From the IMG/VR virus record IMGVR_UViG_3300028591_000116: a stretch of 64,000 bases of DNA; one strand, written 5' to 3'. Source of the DNA: an uncultured virus (IMG/VR IMGVR_UViG_3300028591_000116). Its lineage: Duplodnaviria; Heunggongvirae; Uroviricota; Caudoviricetes. Under the pieces are notes generated by a model. The model saw only the letters and a program-made list of their open reading frames with translations. It did no database searches and was not told the origin of the DNA. The position numbers and the translations under genes were made by a program. Below are positions 19,017 through 28,853 of this stretch, one piece after another. Within the stretch, counting starts at the first letter, position 1, and every line of letters begins with the position of its first letter.

Positions 19017-21032
19017 ATGCAGATTAAACCTAGTAAAGTTAAATCTACATCTAATGACAAAATTGCCATTTTAAAAGATGGAAGAAAAATCGTAATGGAA
19101 ATCGACACTAAAGATTTGTTGAAAGATAAAGGTGCTAATTATTACGCTTTATTCACTGGTGCTAACGCATATTTTTTCGATAACCCAATCAATACAATTC
19201 ACAACTGTGTGTTAGTTAAGTGTGGTAAGAATTATTACATTCTTACAATTCCAATGCTGATATTGGATCTTATCTTCTGGAGAGCAAACGTGGTGTTCAA
19301 CATTCCTATAACTGCAAACGAAATGTACAGTTATGCCAAGGAACACTTAAATAAAAATACATTCAACAATATCACAGAACACGTTACTAAAATGCTCGTA
19401 GATTCACAGCAGAAAGTAACACCAGAAATCAGTAGATGTTTGGCTGATATCAAGAATAACTTATCTCGTTTCTCACAGAACTTCTCTTCTGTAAAATGTA
19501 ACACTCTGTCTATCTGGAGTATATTACAGTTTAAGAATAGAAATAAAGAGTTTAATACTTTATTTAATACAACTCTTGATCCTTCTAAAACTATTAAAGA
19601 GACAGAAATTATTGTAAAAGATTGTGAAAAGAGATTGACTAAGGTTATTGCAGAAGATGATCTTAACTGTTTTAAACCATACGTAATGTCTGGACGTCTT
19701 AAGAACGCACAGCTTGCAAAGGTTGTATGTACTGTAGGTACACGTCCTGATATCGATAAGACAATTATTCCTAGACCTATTACAAAAGGTTATATCCATG
19801 GTCTTCAGAATGTATCTGAATACTTTATGGAAACAATTACCGCACGCGACGCTATGATGACTAAAAATGATAACTTGCCACGTTCAGGATTCTTGTCTAG
19901 AAAGATCAATCGTCTTACTTCAGATATCGATATTAATTATAACGTAAAGGATTGTGGAAATACAAAATATCTCAATTACTTTATTGAAAACGCAGATTAT
20001 CTTGATATGATTGATGGAAAGTATATGCTGGATGAAAAGACTGGTAAACTTCGTGTAGTAAGTTACGAAAAAGATAAAGATTTGATAGGAACAACTATTA
20101 AACTTCGTACATTTATTACATGTAACTGTAAAGACGGCGTTTGTACTACATGTGTTGGTACAGTATCTACACGTCTTAAAGGAACTCGTCTTGGTACACT
20201 TCCACCAATCAAATGTATTAACCCTATGTCACAGAAAGCATTGTCTGCTAAACATGACTTGGGTACAAAGTCAATTGATATCACAAACGAAGCTTTGAGC
20301 AAATACTTCCATTCTGACGGTATGGATTTCTTCCTTAAGCCAGAATACTCATCTCAAAGAGATTTGTATTTAGTAATACAGTCAGATTCAGTTGAAGATT
20401 TGATTAACTCAAATGTTGATACTTCAGACGATGAAGTTGACACTGTTATCGCATTGGATTACATAGCGGTTAGAGATCATGGCATTGACTATGAAATCGA
20501 AAATGAAGGTATGCGTATTGCGTTGTCCGATGAACTGCTTGCAAATAAGAAGTTGTTCACTGAAGATGAAGAAAACTCTGATAATATTTTGATTCCATTG
20601 AACAAACTTGAATCTTCTGAAGATCCATTGTTCTATGCAATACTTGATACTGAAGAGATTTCAAAATATCTTAATCAGTTGATTGGAACTATTGATAGAA
20701 ATACAGTTAACAGATATCAGACATATGAAGAATTGATGTCTGCTATGATAAGAATTATCTATGAATCCGGATTTGTTGATAATATTATTCACTTTGAATC
20801 TATTGCTAAAAGTATGATTCGTTCAAAGAAAAATAAGACACTAAAACCAGATTGGTCACAGGATAAAGTCGAATATCAGATTCTTAAGATATCAGATGCT
20901 ATTATGAATAAAGATTTATATACAGCAATTGAATATCAGAATCTGCGTAACTTGTTCAAAACAGCTTCAATTGCTAAGCGAGCAGGAGTTTCGCTTTACG
21001 ATCCATTCTTTAGAGTGTCTAAAGATAGATAA
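19017..21032 (+). CDS. phage multisubunit RNA polymerase beta' C-terminal subunit (phiKZ gp74-like, probably non-virion RNAP)
   Basis: Bridge-helix region GL..SEYF...AR...SG.LSRK..RL, DCG, Zn site R..ITC...GVC..C.G, trigger-loop-like NPMSQKALSAKH; followed by a helicase as in phiKZ gp74-gp75. Confidence 0.9.
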   Translation: MQIKPSKVKSTSNDKIAILKDGRKIVMEIDTKDLLKDKGANYYALFTGANAYFFDNPINTIHNCVLVKCGKNYYILTIPMLILDLIFWRANVVFNIPITANEMYSYAKEHLNKNTFNNITEHVTKMLVDSQQKVTPEISRCLADIKNNLSRFSQNFSSVKCNTLSIWSILQFKNRNKEFNTLFNTTLDPSKTIKETEIIVKDCEKRLTKVIAEDDLNCFKPYVMSGRLKNAQLAKVVCTVGTRPDIDKTIIPRPITKGYIHGLQNVSEYFMETITARDAMMTKNDNLPRSGFLSRKINRLTSDIDINYNVKDCGNTKYLNYFIENADYLDMIDGKYMLDEKTGKLRVVSYEKDKDLIGTTIKLRTFITCNCKDGVCTTCVGTVSTRLKGTRLGTLPPIKCINPMSQKALSAKHDLGTKSIDITNEALSKYFHSDGMDFFLKPEYSSQRDLYLVIQSDSVEDLINSNVDTSDDEVDTVIALDYIAVRDHGIDYEIENEGMRIALSDELLANKKLFTEDEENSDNILIPLNKLESSEDPLFYAILDTEEISKYLNQLIGTIDRNTVNRYQTYEELMSAMIRIIYESGFVDNIIHFESIAKSMIRSKKNKTLKPDWSQDKVEYQILKISDAIMNKDLYTAIEYQNLRNLFKTASIAKRAGVSLYDPFFRVSKDR

Positions 21033-21049
21033 TTTTGAGGTAGTCTACT

Positions 21050-22558
21050 ATGAATGATTTTGGAAAAATGAAAGTTCTAGTTAGACCATCAGCAATTATA
21101 TTAACACCATACAGAAAGAAGCAGTGTTATGCTATTGAAAAAATGTTGGCTGTATGGGATATGAATCAGAATAGATACACATCGTTCTTGTATGAATTTG
21201 AAGCAGAAGATGAAAAGATTGATCCTAATTATGGAGTTCTTAGAATTCCTAAAGGTTTAGGAATAGATACTGTAAAATCTGCTTTGGAAGGTGCAAGTAT
21301 TGATTTCATAGTAATTGATCAGACTGAAGATTACAAACAGTTTAGAAAGATTAATATTGAAATGAAACTCCCGCCAAGAAATCAGATTCAGGAAGACAGT
21401 GTTAAATTCTTAAGAGATTCGTTGTATCATCAGCATCAAGCATTCTTAGCTCTTGATGTTGGTATGGGTAAAACATATTGTACAACTTATCATATTGCTG
21501 ATTCTAGAAAGGCTACTTTAATTGTATCATATAACCTGGCTTATCAGTGGGAAGATCGTATGCAGGAATATAGCGATCTTGTCAGTGGTAATGAAAATGG
21601 CGGTTTGGTTAATATAGTAGGAACCCAGTATTTTGAAAACTGTGTTTCTGGTAAGATAAAACCTAAAGCCGGTGTGTATTTGACTACTATAGGCACATTG
21701 CATTCGTATCAAAGACTTCATGGTAAAGGAAGCTTACAAGATATTGTAAATGCTCTTGGTATAGGAATCAAAGTTTTTGATGAAGCGCATAACAGATATC
21801 TGTTGTTTAATTCAATAGACTTGAATATGCAAACTGACGAAACAATATATTTGAGTGCAACTCCTGGTCGAAGTATAAAAACTGAAGACAGGATGTTTAC
21901 TAAGATATATAGAAATGTACCAGCCTATGGTTCATACACAGCACAATATAACGATTTCTATGTAATAAAATACATCACATTTGACAGTCATTCCAACGTA
22001 GAAGACAGAGCATCATTTAAGACTCCTAGAGGATTAAGCTCTTTGAAATATATGAGATACATGTTTGACAAGTGGGGCGAAAACTTGCTTAAACTCGTAA
22101 TGCTTTATTCTGAGCCTATTCTTAGTAAAAACCCAAAAGGAAAACTTTTAATAGTAACAGATTGGGTTAGAGATATTGAATGGACTAAACAATGGTTAAA
22201 CAAACATTATCCCCAGTATTCAGTTGGAACGTATTGTCAATTGGTAAAGAATAAAGAATTGAAAGAAAAGGAATTGGATAATCGTATCATCATTGGTACA
22301 ATAGGGAGTATGCAAAACGGAAAAGACATTACTGATCTTCAAATTATCTTTCCTTTAACTACTTTCAGTTCATCAATTGTTACAAGACAGCTGCTTGGAC
22401 GTCTTAGACCTTTAAAAGATAAAAACGTGTATTATTTCGATATCGCCGATTTAAGTGTATCTTCTATCATGCAACAGCGTAGAGAACGTGATTCAGTATT
22501 ACGAGCCAGAGCTGCTGGAGAAATAGAAAATGACAGAATTGATTTGGATCGTATATAA
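21050..22558 (+). CDS. superfamily 2 (DExH) helicase
   Basis: GMGKT (Walker A), FDEAH, SAT and QLLGRLR motifs. Confidence 0.9.
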   Translation: MNDFGKMKVLVRPSAIILTPYRKKQCYAIEKMLAVWDMNQNRYTSFLYEFEAEDEKIDPNYGVLRIPKGLGIDTVKSALEGASIDFIVIDQTEDYKQFRKINIEMKLPPRNQIQEDSVKFLRDSLYHQHQAFLALDVGMGKTYCTTYHIADSRKATLIVSYNLAYQWEDRMQEYSDLVSGNENGGLVNIVGTQYFENCVSGKIKPKAGVYLTTIGTLHSYQRLHGKGSLQDIVNALGIGIKVFDEAHNRYLLFNSIDLNMQTDETIYLSATPGRSIKTEDRMFTKIYRNVPAYGSYTAQYNDFYVIKYITFDSHSNVEDRASFKTPRGLSSLKYMRYMFDKWGENLLKLVMLYSEPILSKNPKGKLLIVTDWVRDIEWTKQWLNKHYPQYSVGTYCQLVKNKELKEKELDNRIIIGTIGSMQNGKDITDLQIIFPLTTFSSSIVTRQLLGRLRPLKDKNVYYFDIADLSVSSIMQQRRERDSVLRARAAGEIENDRIDLDRI

Positions 22559-22581
22559 TATTTTGTTTAGGGAGAAAGAAC

Positions 22582-23298
22582 ATGCTTGATTTTGAAAATC
22601 TGGACAAAGTATCAAATATAGTTTGTCGAATCAATTCTACATTGGTTATAAAACACGTAGTTGAATTAAAGAATAATCGTCCTAGTAAGAAAAACGATAA
22701 ATTTTCTGTTTACGGTTTCTATTATGAGAACAAAAATCCTATCAGTAAATATAAACCAGTTGGAGATGCTGGTGGTAATCTTATGTTTACTAGTAATGGT
22801 TATATCTCTATTGAGAATAAGAAAAATGTTGTCAGAAATGAAACTGTGTTGAGTGAAACCTTAAAAGTAAAAGTAGTTTTAATGGACACACCTCAGTTGT
22901 TAGCCGTATTAGACACGGTTACAAACTGGCTTACAGCACAATGTGAAGATGTGTTCATGAATGACGAAATAGGTCACCCAATAAAAATTATCAATCCGAT
23001 GTTGAAGATAACTTGCCCGTTAATGTTAGAACCTCTAGGAATCACATTCAAACCGTGTATCGTAGAGGATAACGTCGGAACGAAATACCAAGGTGTTGCG
23101 ATGGGCAACAGTTCTAAAGGAGAGATCTGTAATTTCACAGCTACTGAGTTTATAGTGTTTAAGAATATGTTGACTTACGCATTAAACAACCTTTACACTA
23201 ACAATATGCAGTTGGCTGCTCATGCTATGCAATACTGTACATACAAAAACTTAATGGAGGTTTTAAACAGAAATGCTCAAAGAAACAAACCTCAATGA
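22582..23298 (+). CDS. hypothetical protein
   Basis: 238-aa ORF with RBS in the RNAP/helicase operon. Confidence 0.75.
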   Translation: MLDFENLDKVSNIVCRINSTLVIKHVVELKNNRPSKKNDKFSVYGFYYENKNPISKYKPVGDAGGNLMFTSNGYISIENKKNVVRNETVLSETLKVKVVLMDTPQLLAVLDTVTNWLTAQCEDVFMNDEIGHPIKIINPMLKITCPLMLEPLGITFKPCIVEDNVGTKYQGVAMGNSSKGEICNFTATEFIVFKNMLTYALNNLYTNNMQLAAHAMQYCTYKNLMEVLNRNAQRNKPQ

Positions 23299-23842
23299 TG
23301 ATGGGACTATCTGGATTAAAACTACACCTGATGGCAAACCTTTAATTGTCGGACAGAATTACTGTTTTGTTGGACAGTGGTGGGTTTATGCAGGAGATTT
23401 TGAAAGTTCCGATCAAGTTCCTAACATCAATTGTTGTTATACTATAGGCAATCAAATAAAAATACGCAGAGGAATACCTATGGGAACACCACAAGTTAGA
23501 GAAAAGATTAAACGTGTCCGAAAGGACGATAGTAGACCAATCAATACAGATATTTCTGATCAGGATGGTCCGCTTTTGATTATGATGAAAGAAGCATTAG
23601 CTAAAGAAGGAGTTACTAAAAAGAGATTCAAAGATTTCTACGAAAGTGATTCTGACTTTAACAACTGTCTTCGTCACATCGAAACACAAAATACTCTTAG
23701 CTGGAGTAGGTTTGATGACTTAAGAGATAGAATGGGATTGGAATGTGAAGTAACTCTTAAACATAAAGACGGTTCTATTGTAAGTCATTTTGATTCAGCA
23801 AATCCAGTTGTACCAGAACCTATTACAAAGAAAAAGAAATAG
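23273..23842 (+). CDS. hypothetical protein
   Basis: 189-aa ORF; GGAGG RBS. Confidence 0.75.
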   Translation: MLKETNLNDDGTIWIKTTPDGKPLIVGQNYCFVGQWWVYAGDFESSDQVPNINCCYTIGNQIKIRRGIPMGTPQVREKIKRVRKDDSRPINTDISDQDGPLLIMMKEALAKEGVTKKRFKDFYESDSDFNNCLRHIETQNTLSWSRFDDLRDRMGLECEVTLKHKDGSIVSHFDSANPVVPEPITKKKK

Positions 23843-23868
23843 AAATACATTAAGGAGGTAATTCTATT

Positions 23869-24399
23869 ATGGGAAACGAAAGCAAAGCAAAAGTCACTAT
23901 CAATCCAGAAATTACACCGACAGAAGAACATGCTGTTGGTTATACTGCTCCTGTAACAACTTCAGCAGAATTGGATACTGTTGAGAAACAGCAGGTAATG
24001 ATAGCTATACGTGAGTTTCAGAAAACAATAGATCCTATTGTTGAAATCATTAAAGCTCAAGTATACGCATGTAGCAACGCTGAAGCTAGTTACAAATCTG
24101 CATTAAATGATCTTGAAAACACAATTCAGTGTCATGGAGATGCAGCAAGAGCATTGGTTTCTAAATACGTTGATCTTGAAAACGCACATACTTTTGACAT
24201 GATGTCTCAGACAGTCGTTAAGACTTTAGTTGAACTTGGATATTACCATGGAGACAAACCTTGTCAGTTCAACACAGATACTCACGAATTGGTAGCTAAA
24301 CCGTTAACTGAAAAAGACAAAGTCATCAGCACTAAGAAAGTGGATATCAAGATTACTGAAAAGATTATTCCTAAGTTCACTACTTTGGAATACAACTAA
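23869..24399 (+). CDS. hypothetical protein
   Basis: AAGGAGG RBS; hairpin after the stop. Confidence 0.75.
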   Translation: MGNESKAKVTINPEITPTEEHAVGYTAPVTTSAELDTVEKQQVMIAIREFQKTIDPIVEIIKAQVYACSNAEASYKSALNDLENTIQCHGDAARALVSKYVDLENAHTFDMMSQTVVKTLVELGYYHGDKPCQFNTDTHELVAKPLTEKDKVISTKKVDIKITEKIIPKFTTLEYN

Positions 24400-24448
24400 T
24401 TAGTTGAGGTGAGAGGGAATCGTTAGATTCCCTTTCTTTTTTATAATT

Positions 24449-25390
24449 ATGGCTAAAAATAAAAAGAAGAAATCCAAAGACAAAGAAGAGAAAAAAGAAC
24501 GATCTTTATCTACTGTATTTGCTGAAAGATTACGATTTTCAGGTTTTTATTTTCCTAAGAGAATAGATAAAGATTTGTATAAAGTACCAGAGTCTATACT
24601 TATAACGTTTAAGCAGTTAATTAGTGAAGAATTAGAAGAGAAAGATATTGAGATAGTGTATACTGTAAACGGAGAATTATCAGGATATTACAGTATAGTT
24701 GATAACGAAATCTTTTTTGTATTTTTTGATCTTTCTCCTGATTATATAGACAACATCATCTTTAAGATAGGAAGTGTATCTTCCGATATAGGAAACGAAT
24801 TGTCTTATATAGTTACAATAAAAGCGTATTTCATACCGTGTAAGACGTTTTATGATAAAGAATTTATACCACAAAGTGGTTTGAAATGTAACGTATGCTA
24901 TTATTCTAAGATAATACCTTATAATACAGATATGCTTTATAAAGGAAAGTTAGTTCGAAGTTTTGATAAAAGAGCTATATTGAAATTTGATAACGATCCT
25001 TGTCCACAACCAGATGTAGTGTACGATCTTAGAAAGTATAATGAAAATATAATAGATCCCGCAGTATTGTCAACCGTTAAACAAATAACTGATATTATAA
25101 AGATTAAAAGCTTTAATATTGATAAATTAGCTGATAGTGAGTTATATGCTTCTTGTGTATGTAATAAATCATTATCATATATCGGATACAGTAAATTGTA
25201 TTTTATTTTACCAGAAATAGATGATGATACGTTAAGTGAATTCGTTACAAAAGCATTTGATGGTACTGAAAATGTTTTTTATAGAGAAAATGCGTTCTTT
25301 AATAGGATAGGTTTCTTTATAAATGATAAACAATTAACTTCAAAGGAAGTATACGATATTTATTATAAAAAACATCATAATGAAATCTAA
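24449..25390 (+). CDS. hypothetical protein
   Basis: 313-aa ORF. Confidence 0.65.
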   Translation: MAKNKKKKSKDKEEKKERSLSTVFAERLRFSGFYFPKRIDKDLYKVPESILITFKQLISEELEEKDIEIVYTVNGELSGYYSIVDNEIFFVFFDLSPDYIDNIIFKIGSVSSDIGNELSYIVTIKAYFIPCKTFYDKEFIPQSGLKCNVCYYSKIIPYNTDMLYKGKLVRSFDKRAILKFDNDPCPQPDVVYDLRKYNENIIDPAVLSTVKQITDIIKIKSFNIDKLADSELYASCVCNKSLSYIGYSKLYFILPEIDDDTLSEFVTKAFDGTENVFYRENAFFNRIGFFINDKQLTSKEVYDIYYKKHHNEI

Positions 25391-25422
25391 TTTCGTCTAA
25401 ACTACATTTATTGGAATAAATT

Positions 25423-26319
25423 ATGGAACCAATAATTCAAAATACATCGTCGGTGGAACAAGTTCCTTGGTACAATAATACTATAGGAGACGTTCCAATA
25501 ATTGCTATATTATTGATCTTACTAGCAGTTATAATTATCTTAATATTATCTATATTTCTTATTTCAAATGTGTCTAAGAACAAAAAACATCTCACGTTTA
25601 ATCTATTTAATAAAAGGCATAATAAAAAAGATAGTACTGCTGCTCCTTCTAGATCTTTAAAGAAGAAAGAAGATGTTAAGAAACAAATTCTACTAAGTAT
25701 TCAAAACCACAAATTCTTTTCTTATACCAAATTTAAATACGTTGGTGTAGATTATAATTTGTCTTTTGAGACTTATGAAATGCTTATAGCACATGGTATT
25801 AAGGTAGAGAGTGAAGAACTCCAAGAATTTAAAAAGTTAATAGCATCTAGATTTCTTTCAGATTGTATTTTCAAATATCTTTTTGAGTCTGTTAAAAAAT
25901 GGATAGACGATATTGTTAGAGAATACGAGGCTTCGACAGATGAAAAGAACTTTGTTCCAGTTACTCTTTGTGATATTATAGAAGATTTAGTTCATTTCAC
26001 AAAAGAAACGACTCGAATGAGTTCTCAAGTTAGACTGACATTCGACAATCATTTGATTGATGGTATACCTCCCGATTTTGTAAAGTATTTCTGTAAAATT
26101 GTAAACAGAGATATGAAAACTATTCAAGAAGTAATGTCTAGTATAATTTATGTGACTGACGTGTCTTGGTACAATAAAGTCATAGAAATCCTTGATATTC
26201 TTGAACTAGTGTTGGTGTATATTAAGGATAGTGTTGATGCTACACTTGTAGTATTAAACGGTCAACTTGAAAAATATTTAGAAGAGCTAAATAAGGAAAC
26301 AGAAAATGGAAGTATTTAA
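25423..26319 (+). CDS. membrane-anchored hypothetical protein
   Basis: Long hydrophobic segment IIAILLILLAVIIILILSIFLI, then a helical soluble domain. Confidence 0.7.
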   Translation: MEPIIQNTSSVEQVPWYNNTIGDVPIIAILLILLAVIIILILSIFLISNVSKNKKHLTFNLFNKRHNKKDSTAAPSRSLKKKEDVKKQILLSIQNHKFFSYTKFKYVGVDYNLSFETYEMLIAHGIKVESEELQEFKKLIASRFLSDCIFKYLFESVKKWIDDIVREYEASTDEKNFVPVTLCDIIEDLVHFTKETTRMSSQVRLTFDNHLIDGIPPDFVKYFCKIVNRDMKTIQEVMSSIIYVTDVSWYNKVIEILDILELVLVYIKDSVDATLVVLNGQLEKYLEELNKETENGSI

Positions 26320-27196
26320 CGAATCTTTATTATCAGACGTTAAACATGTGTCTCCTTTAATCGTGAATGATCTGAAGAAGACAGATGCTCAGCTTGAAAA
26401 AATCAAAGAAAGCATGACGCCTTCTAGAATTGTTGCTCAAGGTTATTTTAAGAACCTTATAGCCAACAATATGACTGAAGCTGGAATGAACAAAGCTTAC
26501 GATTCTATGACTCGTAAAGTAATCAACAATATTGTTCCTAGAGTACACGAAGATGTGGACGAAGTAATTAAAATCTTCCAGACATCTGGTATTGTCAAAC
26601 GAAATGAAACTGTTCCTAAGGATTATTATACTGTAGCCTTCTTAGGAAGTAAAGACAATGCTATCCCCGAATACGTTGGTATCGGAATTCCAGTATCATT
26701 TGAACTTGATCTCAAGAAGATGATGCAGTTTGAAGGATTCTCTGAAAGTGATGTAAAAGATCATTTTGATGATATTAAGAGGTATTGGAACCTTTTGGAA
26801 AACTCTTCAAACACTGAAGGATTGGTTCAGCTTCTAAAGAAAATTAACGACAAAGAAGACTCTTTCTATGCTAAAGCTAAAGATTATGCTACAACTATTG
26901 CTGGTAAAACACTTACTAGATTATTCGGCGTAACAGCTTTAATGTGTACATCGAAAGGATGTAAAAATATAAAGTATTGTCCAGATCCATGGATTTCTTT
27001 CTGTCTCAACATGAGCTTGCTCAGAATTAAAGACAATGCTCCTAACTGGGAAGTAGAATTTAAACTTACTTCTTGGGAATCAGCAAAAGCGTTTGATAGT
27101 TGTAATGCAAAATATTACATGAAAATAACTATCTATTACAAGACAGTTAAGAAAATGTTTGGATGTGATTTTGTACGAAACGGAATAACTTATTAA
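26306..27196 (+). CDS. hypothetical protein
   Basis: 296-aa ORF overlapping the upstream gene. Confidence 0.7.
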   Translation: MEVFNESLLSDVKHVSPLIVNDLKKTDAQLEKIKESMTPSRIVAQGYFKNLIANNMTEAGMNKAYDSMTRKVINNIVPRVHEDVDEVIKIFQTSGIVKRNETVPKDYYTVAFLGSKDNAIPEYVGIGIPVSFELDLKKMMQFEGFSESDVKDHFDDIKRYWNLLENSSNTEGLVQLLKKINDKEDSFYAKAKDYATTIAGKTLTRLFGVTALMCTSKGCKNIKYCPDPWISFCLNMSLLRIKDNAPNWEVEFKLTSWESAKAFDSCNAKYYMKITIYYKTVKKMFGCDFVRNGITY

Positions 27197-27277
27197 TGAA
27201 TGTGCTTCTGATTTAATAACACGGCTTGGAATTCTTTCTAAGTAGTCAGAACTATCATTTTTGCTCCTTTTGTTTTT

Positions 27278-27304
27278 CCTCCTCTCATAATGAGAGGAGG
27301 TTTT
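27278..27304 (+). terminator. intrinsic terminator immediately 5' of cassette 2
   Basis: cctcctctca-taa-tgagaggagg followed by a T-rich run. Confidence 0.8.
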
Positions 27305-27312
27305 CTTTTATT

Positions 27313-27544
27313 AGGAAGTTGTAGAGATCATTGTCAGACTTGTGGCGGCACATGTGCTAGTAATTGTGCTAGTCAAATATCGTGCACTCGTGCTTGTTGG
27401 GGAGCGACATGTGATACTACTTGTGGGTCTTGTGATGTTGGTTGTTATGCTAACTGTAAAGGGGGATGTCAAAACGGTTGTGCTGATAATTGTAACCGAT
27501 TTTGTGGATTATTTGCTGCTTATGGAGACGGTGGTTGTAGTGGT
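27313..27544 (+). other. Cys-rich cassette 2 (77 aa GSCRDHCQTC...GDGGCSG, 17 Cys)
   Basis: AGGAAGTTGT at 27313-27322; ends GTGGTTGTAGTGG; the only ATG (27290) is inside the terminator hairpin, with no RBS. Confidence 0.85.
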
Positions 27545-27592
27545 ATAATTTATAATAGATGAAACTTTTATATGATATAAAAGGAGTTTATT

Positions 27593-28816
27593 ATGTATGT
27601 AAAGAATTTGCTTAATCCAATATCTGAACAGAGTTTACTCTACGGTGATAAGATGTTAGGGTTAGTTGTTAAAAACCCAGAAGATATGGAAAAAGATAAT
27701 GTAATTGGGGCTTATATTCCTAAACTCTTTTTCGGTATCCCTGTTGATAAAGGTGCTTTTGAAAAGAAAATATCAATAGATTCTTCTAAATTATTGAATT
27801 CAGTAAATAAAAACATAGGTGCTAAGAAATGTACTTTTAAAAACTGGGTAACTGTACAGGTTTCACAGTGTTGCAACACTTTAACTCCTAAATATGCTAG
27901 GGGTGAAAACGTCTTTATAGATTGTTGTGATCATGATTTGAAAAACTTGTATGTATTACCTTGGACGTTAGGAGAAGTACAGAAGCGTAAAGACGATATT
28001 TGGAAAGTATTGTGTCCTAATTTATCTGAATATTCAAACGCTAAACTCAATCTTGATAATACGTTTGGTATAGAGATAAACACTAAGAGCAAAATTCTTT
28101 CTCTTTGGACTGGTAAAACTGATGGTAAGGAATCATCTAAAGAAAAAGGTACTTATTATATCGGTATAAATGCGAAAGAAGGCAATATCTTAATATCTGA
28201 TTCTGGCAAACGCACCATAACGATAAATTCAGATAAAGATCAGATAATAATGCTTAATGAAGCAGAAACTCAGATAGATCTCACAAAAGATACAATCAAT
28301 ATGAAAGCAAAACACTTAAATATTGATATTAAAGATGATATCAAAGTGACATCTAAAAAGATGAAACGTGATATCAAAGAGATCAATACTAAATGTAATA
28401 AAGATACTGAGGAAACTGATGAGCTTAAGATAAAAGGAAACAACCTCGCTTCTAATTATAACGATACCAAGGTTGAATCTTCTAGTTATACTAATAAGAC
28501 TTCTAAATGGAAGACTGATTCTCCTATTTCTGGGTTTACTAAGGTTTTAACTTCTGATTCGTTCTCTATTTGGTCAAACGCTGGTGTTAATCCTATGCCT
28601 ATGTGTGCAAATATATCTAACTCTGGTATATTTACATCTGCTTATCCTTGTACTCCTAGTATGGCATTAGCTAAAGCTCAACCTTTGACAAATTTATTAA
28701 TGCAGATATGTAGTAAGCTTGATGCGGTCGGCGCAATAGTTTATTGTCCACCTACAGCAGTTGCAGCTGCTTCCGCAGCAATGCCCCTAATACCATCTAA
28801 GTCCAACATGGGTTAA
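27593..28816 (+). CDS. putative baseplate central spike/hub protein (gp5/VgrG-like layout)
   Basis: N-terminal OB-like 'P...RGENVFI' segment followed by beta-helix-like alternating repeats; AAGGAG RBS. Confidence 0.5.
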   Translation: MYVKNLLNPISEQSLLYGDKMLGLVVKNPEDMEKDNVIGAYIPKLFFGIPVDKGAFEKKISIDSSKLLNSVNKNIGAKKCTFKNWVTVQVSQCCNTLTPKYARGENVFIDCCDHDLKNLYVLPWTLGEVQKRKDDIWKVLCPNLSEYSNAKLNLDNTFGIEINTKSKILSLWTGKTDGKESSKEKGTYYIGINAKEGNILISDSGKRTITINSDKDQIIMLNEAETQIDLTKDTINMKAKHLNIDIKDDIKVTSKKMKRDIKEINTKCNKDTEETDELKIKGNNLASNYNDTKVESSSYTNKTSKWKTDSPISGFTKVLTSDSFSIWSNAGVNPMPMCANISNSGIFTSAYPCTPSMALAKAQPLTNLLMQICSKLDAVGAIVYCPPTAVAAASAAMPLIPSKSNMG

Positions 28817-28822
28817 AATAAG

Positions 28823-28846
28823 CTCCTCCCTATTATAGGGAGGAGT
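28823..28846. terminator. bidirectional intrinsic terminator
   Basis: ctcctccct-attat-agggaggag between convergent genes. Confidence 0.8.
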
Positions 28847-28853
28847 ATTTCTT

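Noticed and set aside
27301..27322. T-rich tract plus AG before the cassettes resembling a spliceosomal 3' splice site
   Set aside because: The genome is a prokaryotic phage with SD sequences; the T runs in copies 2 and 4 are terminator tails and are missing in copies 1 and 3.
27342..27548. Val/Leu-rich alternative-frame ORFs over the cassettes (also 40242..40484, 44821..45012, 44675..44941)
   Set aside because: By-products of TGT-rich Cys codons read in shifted or antisense frames; no RBS.
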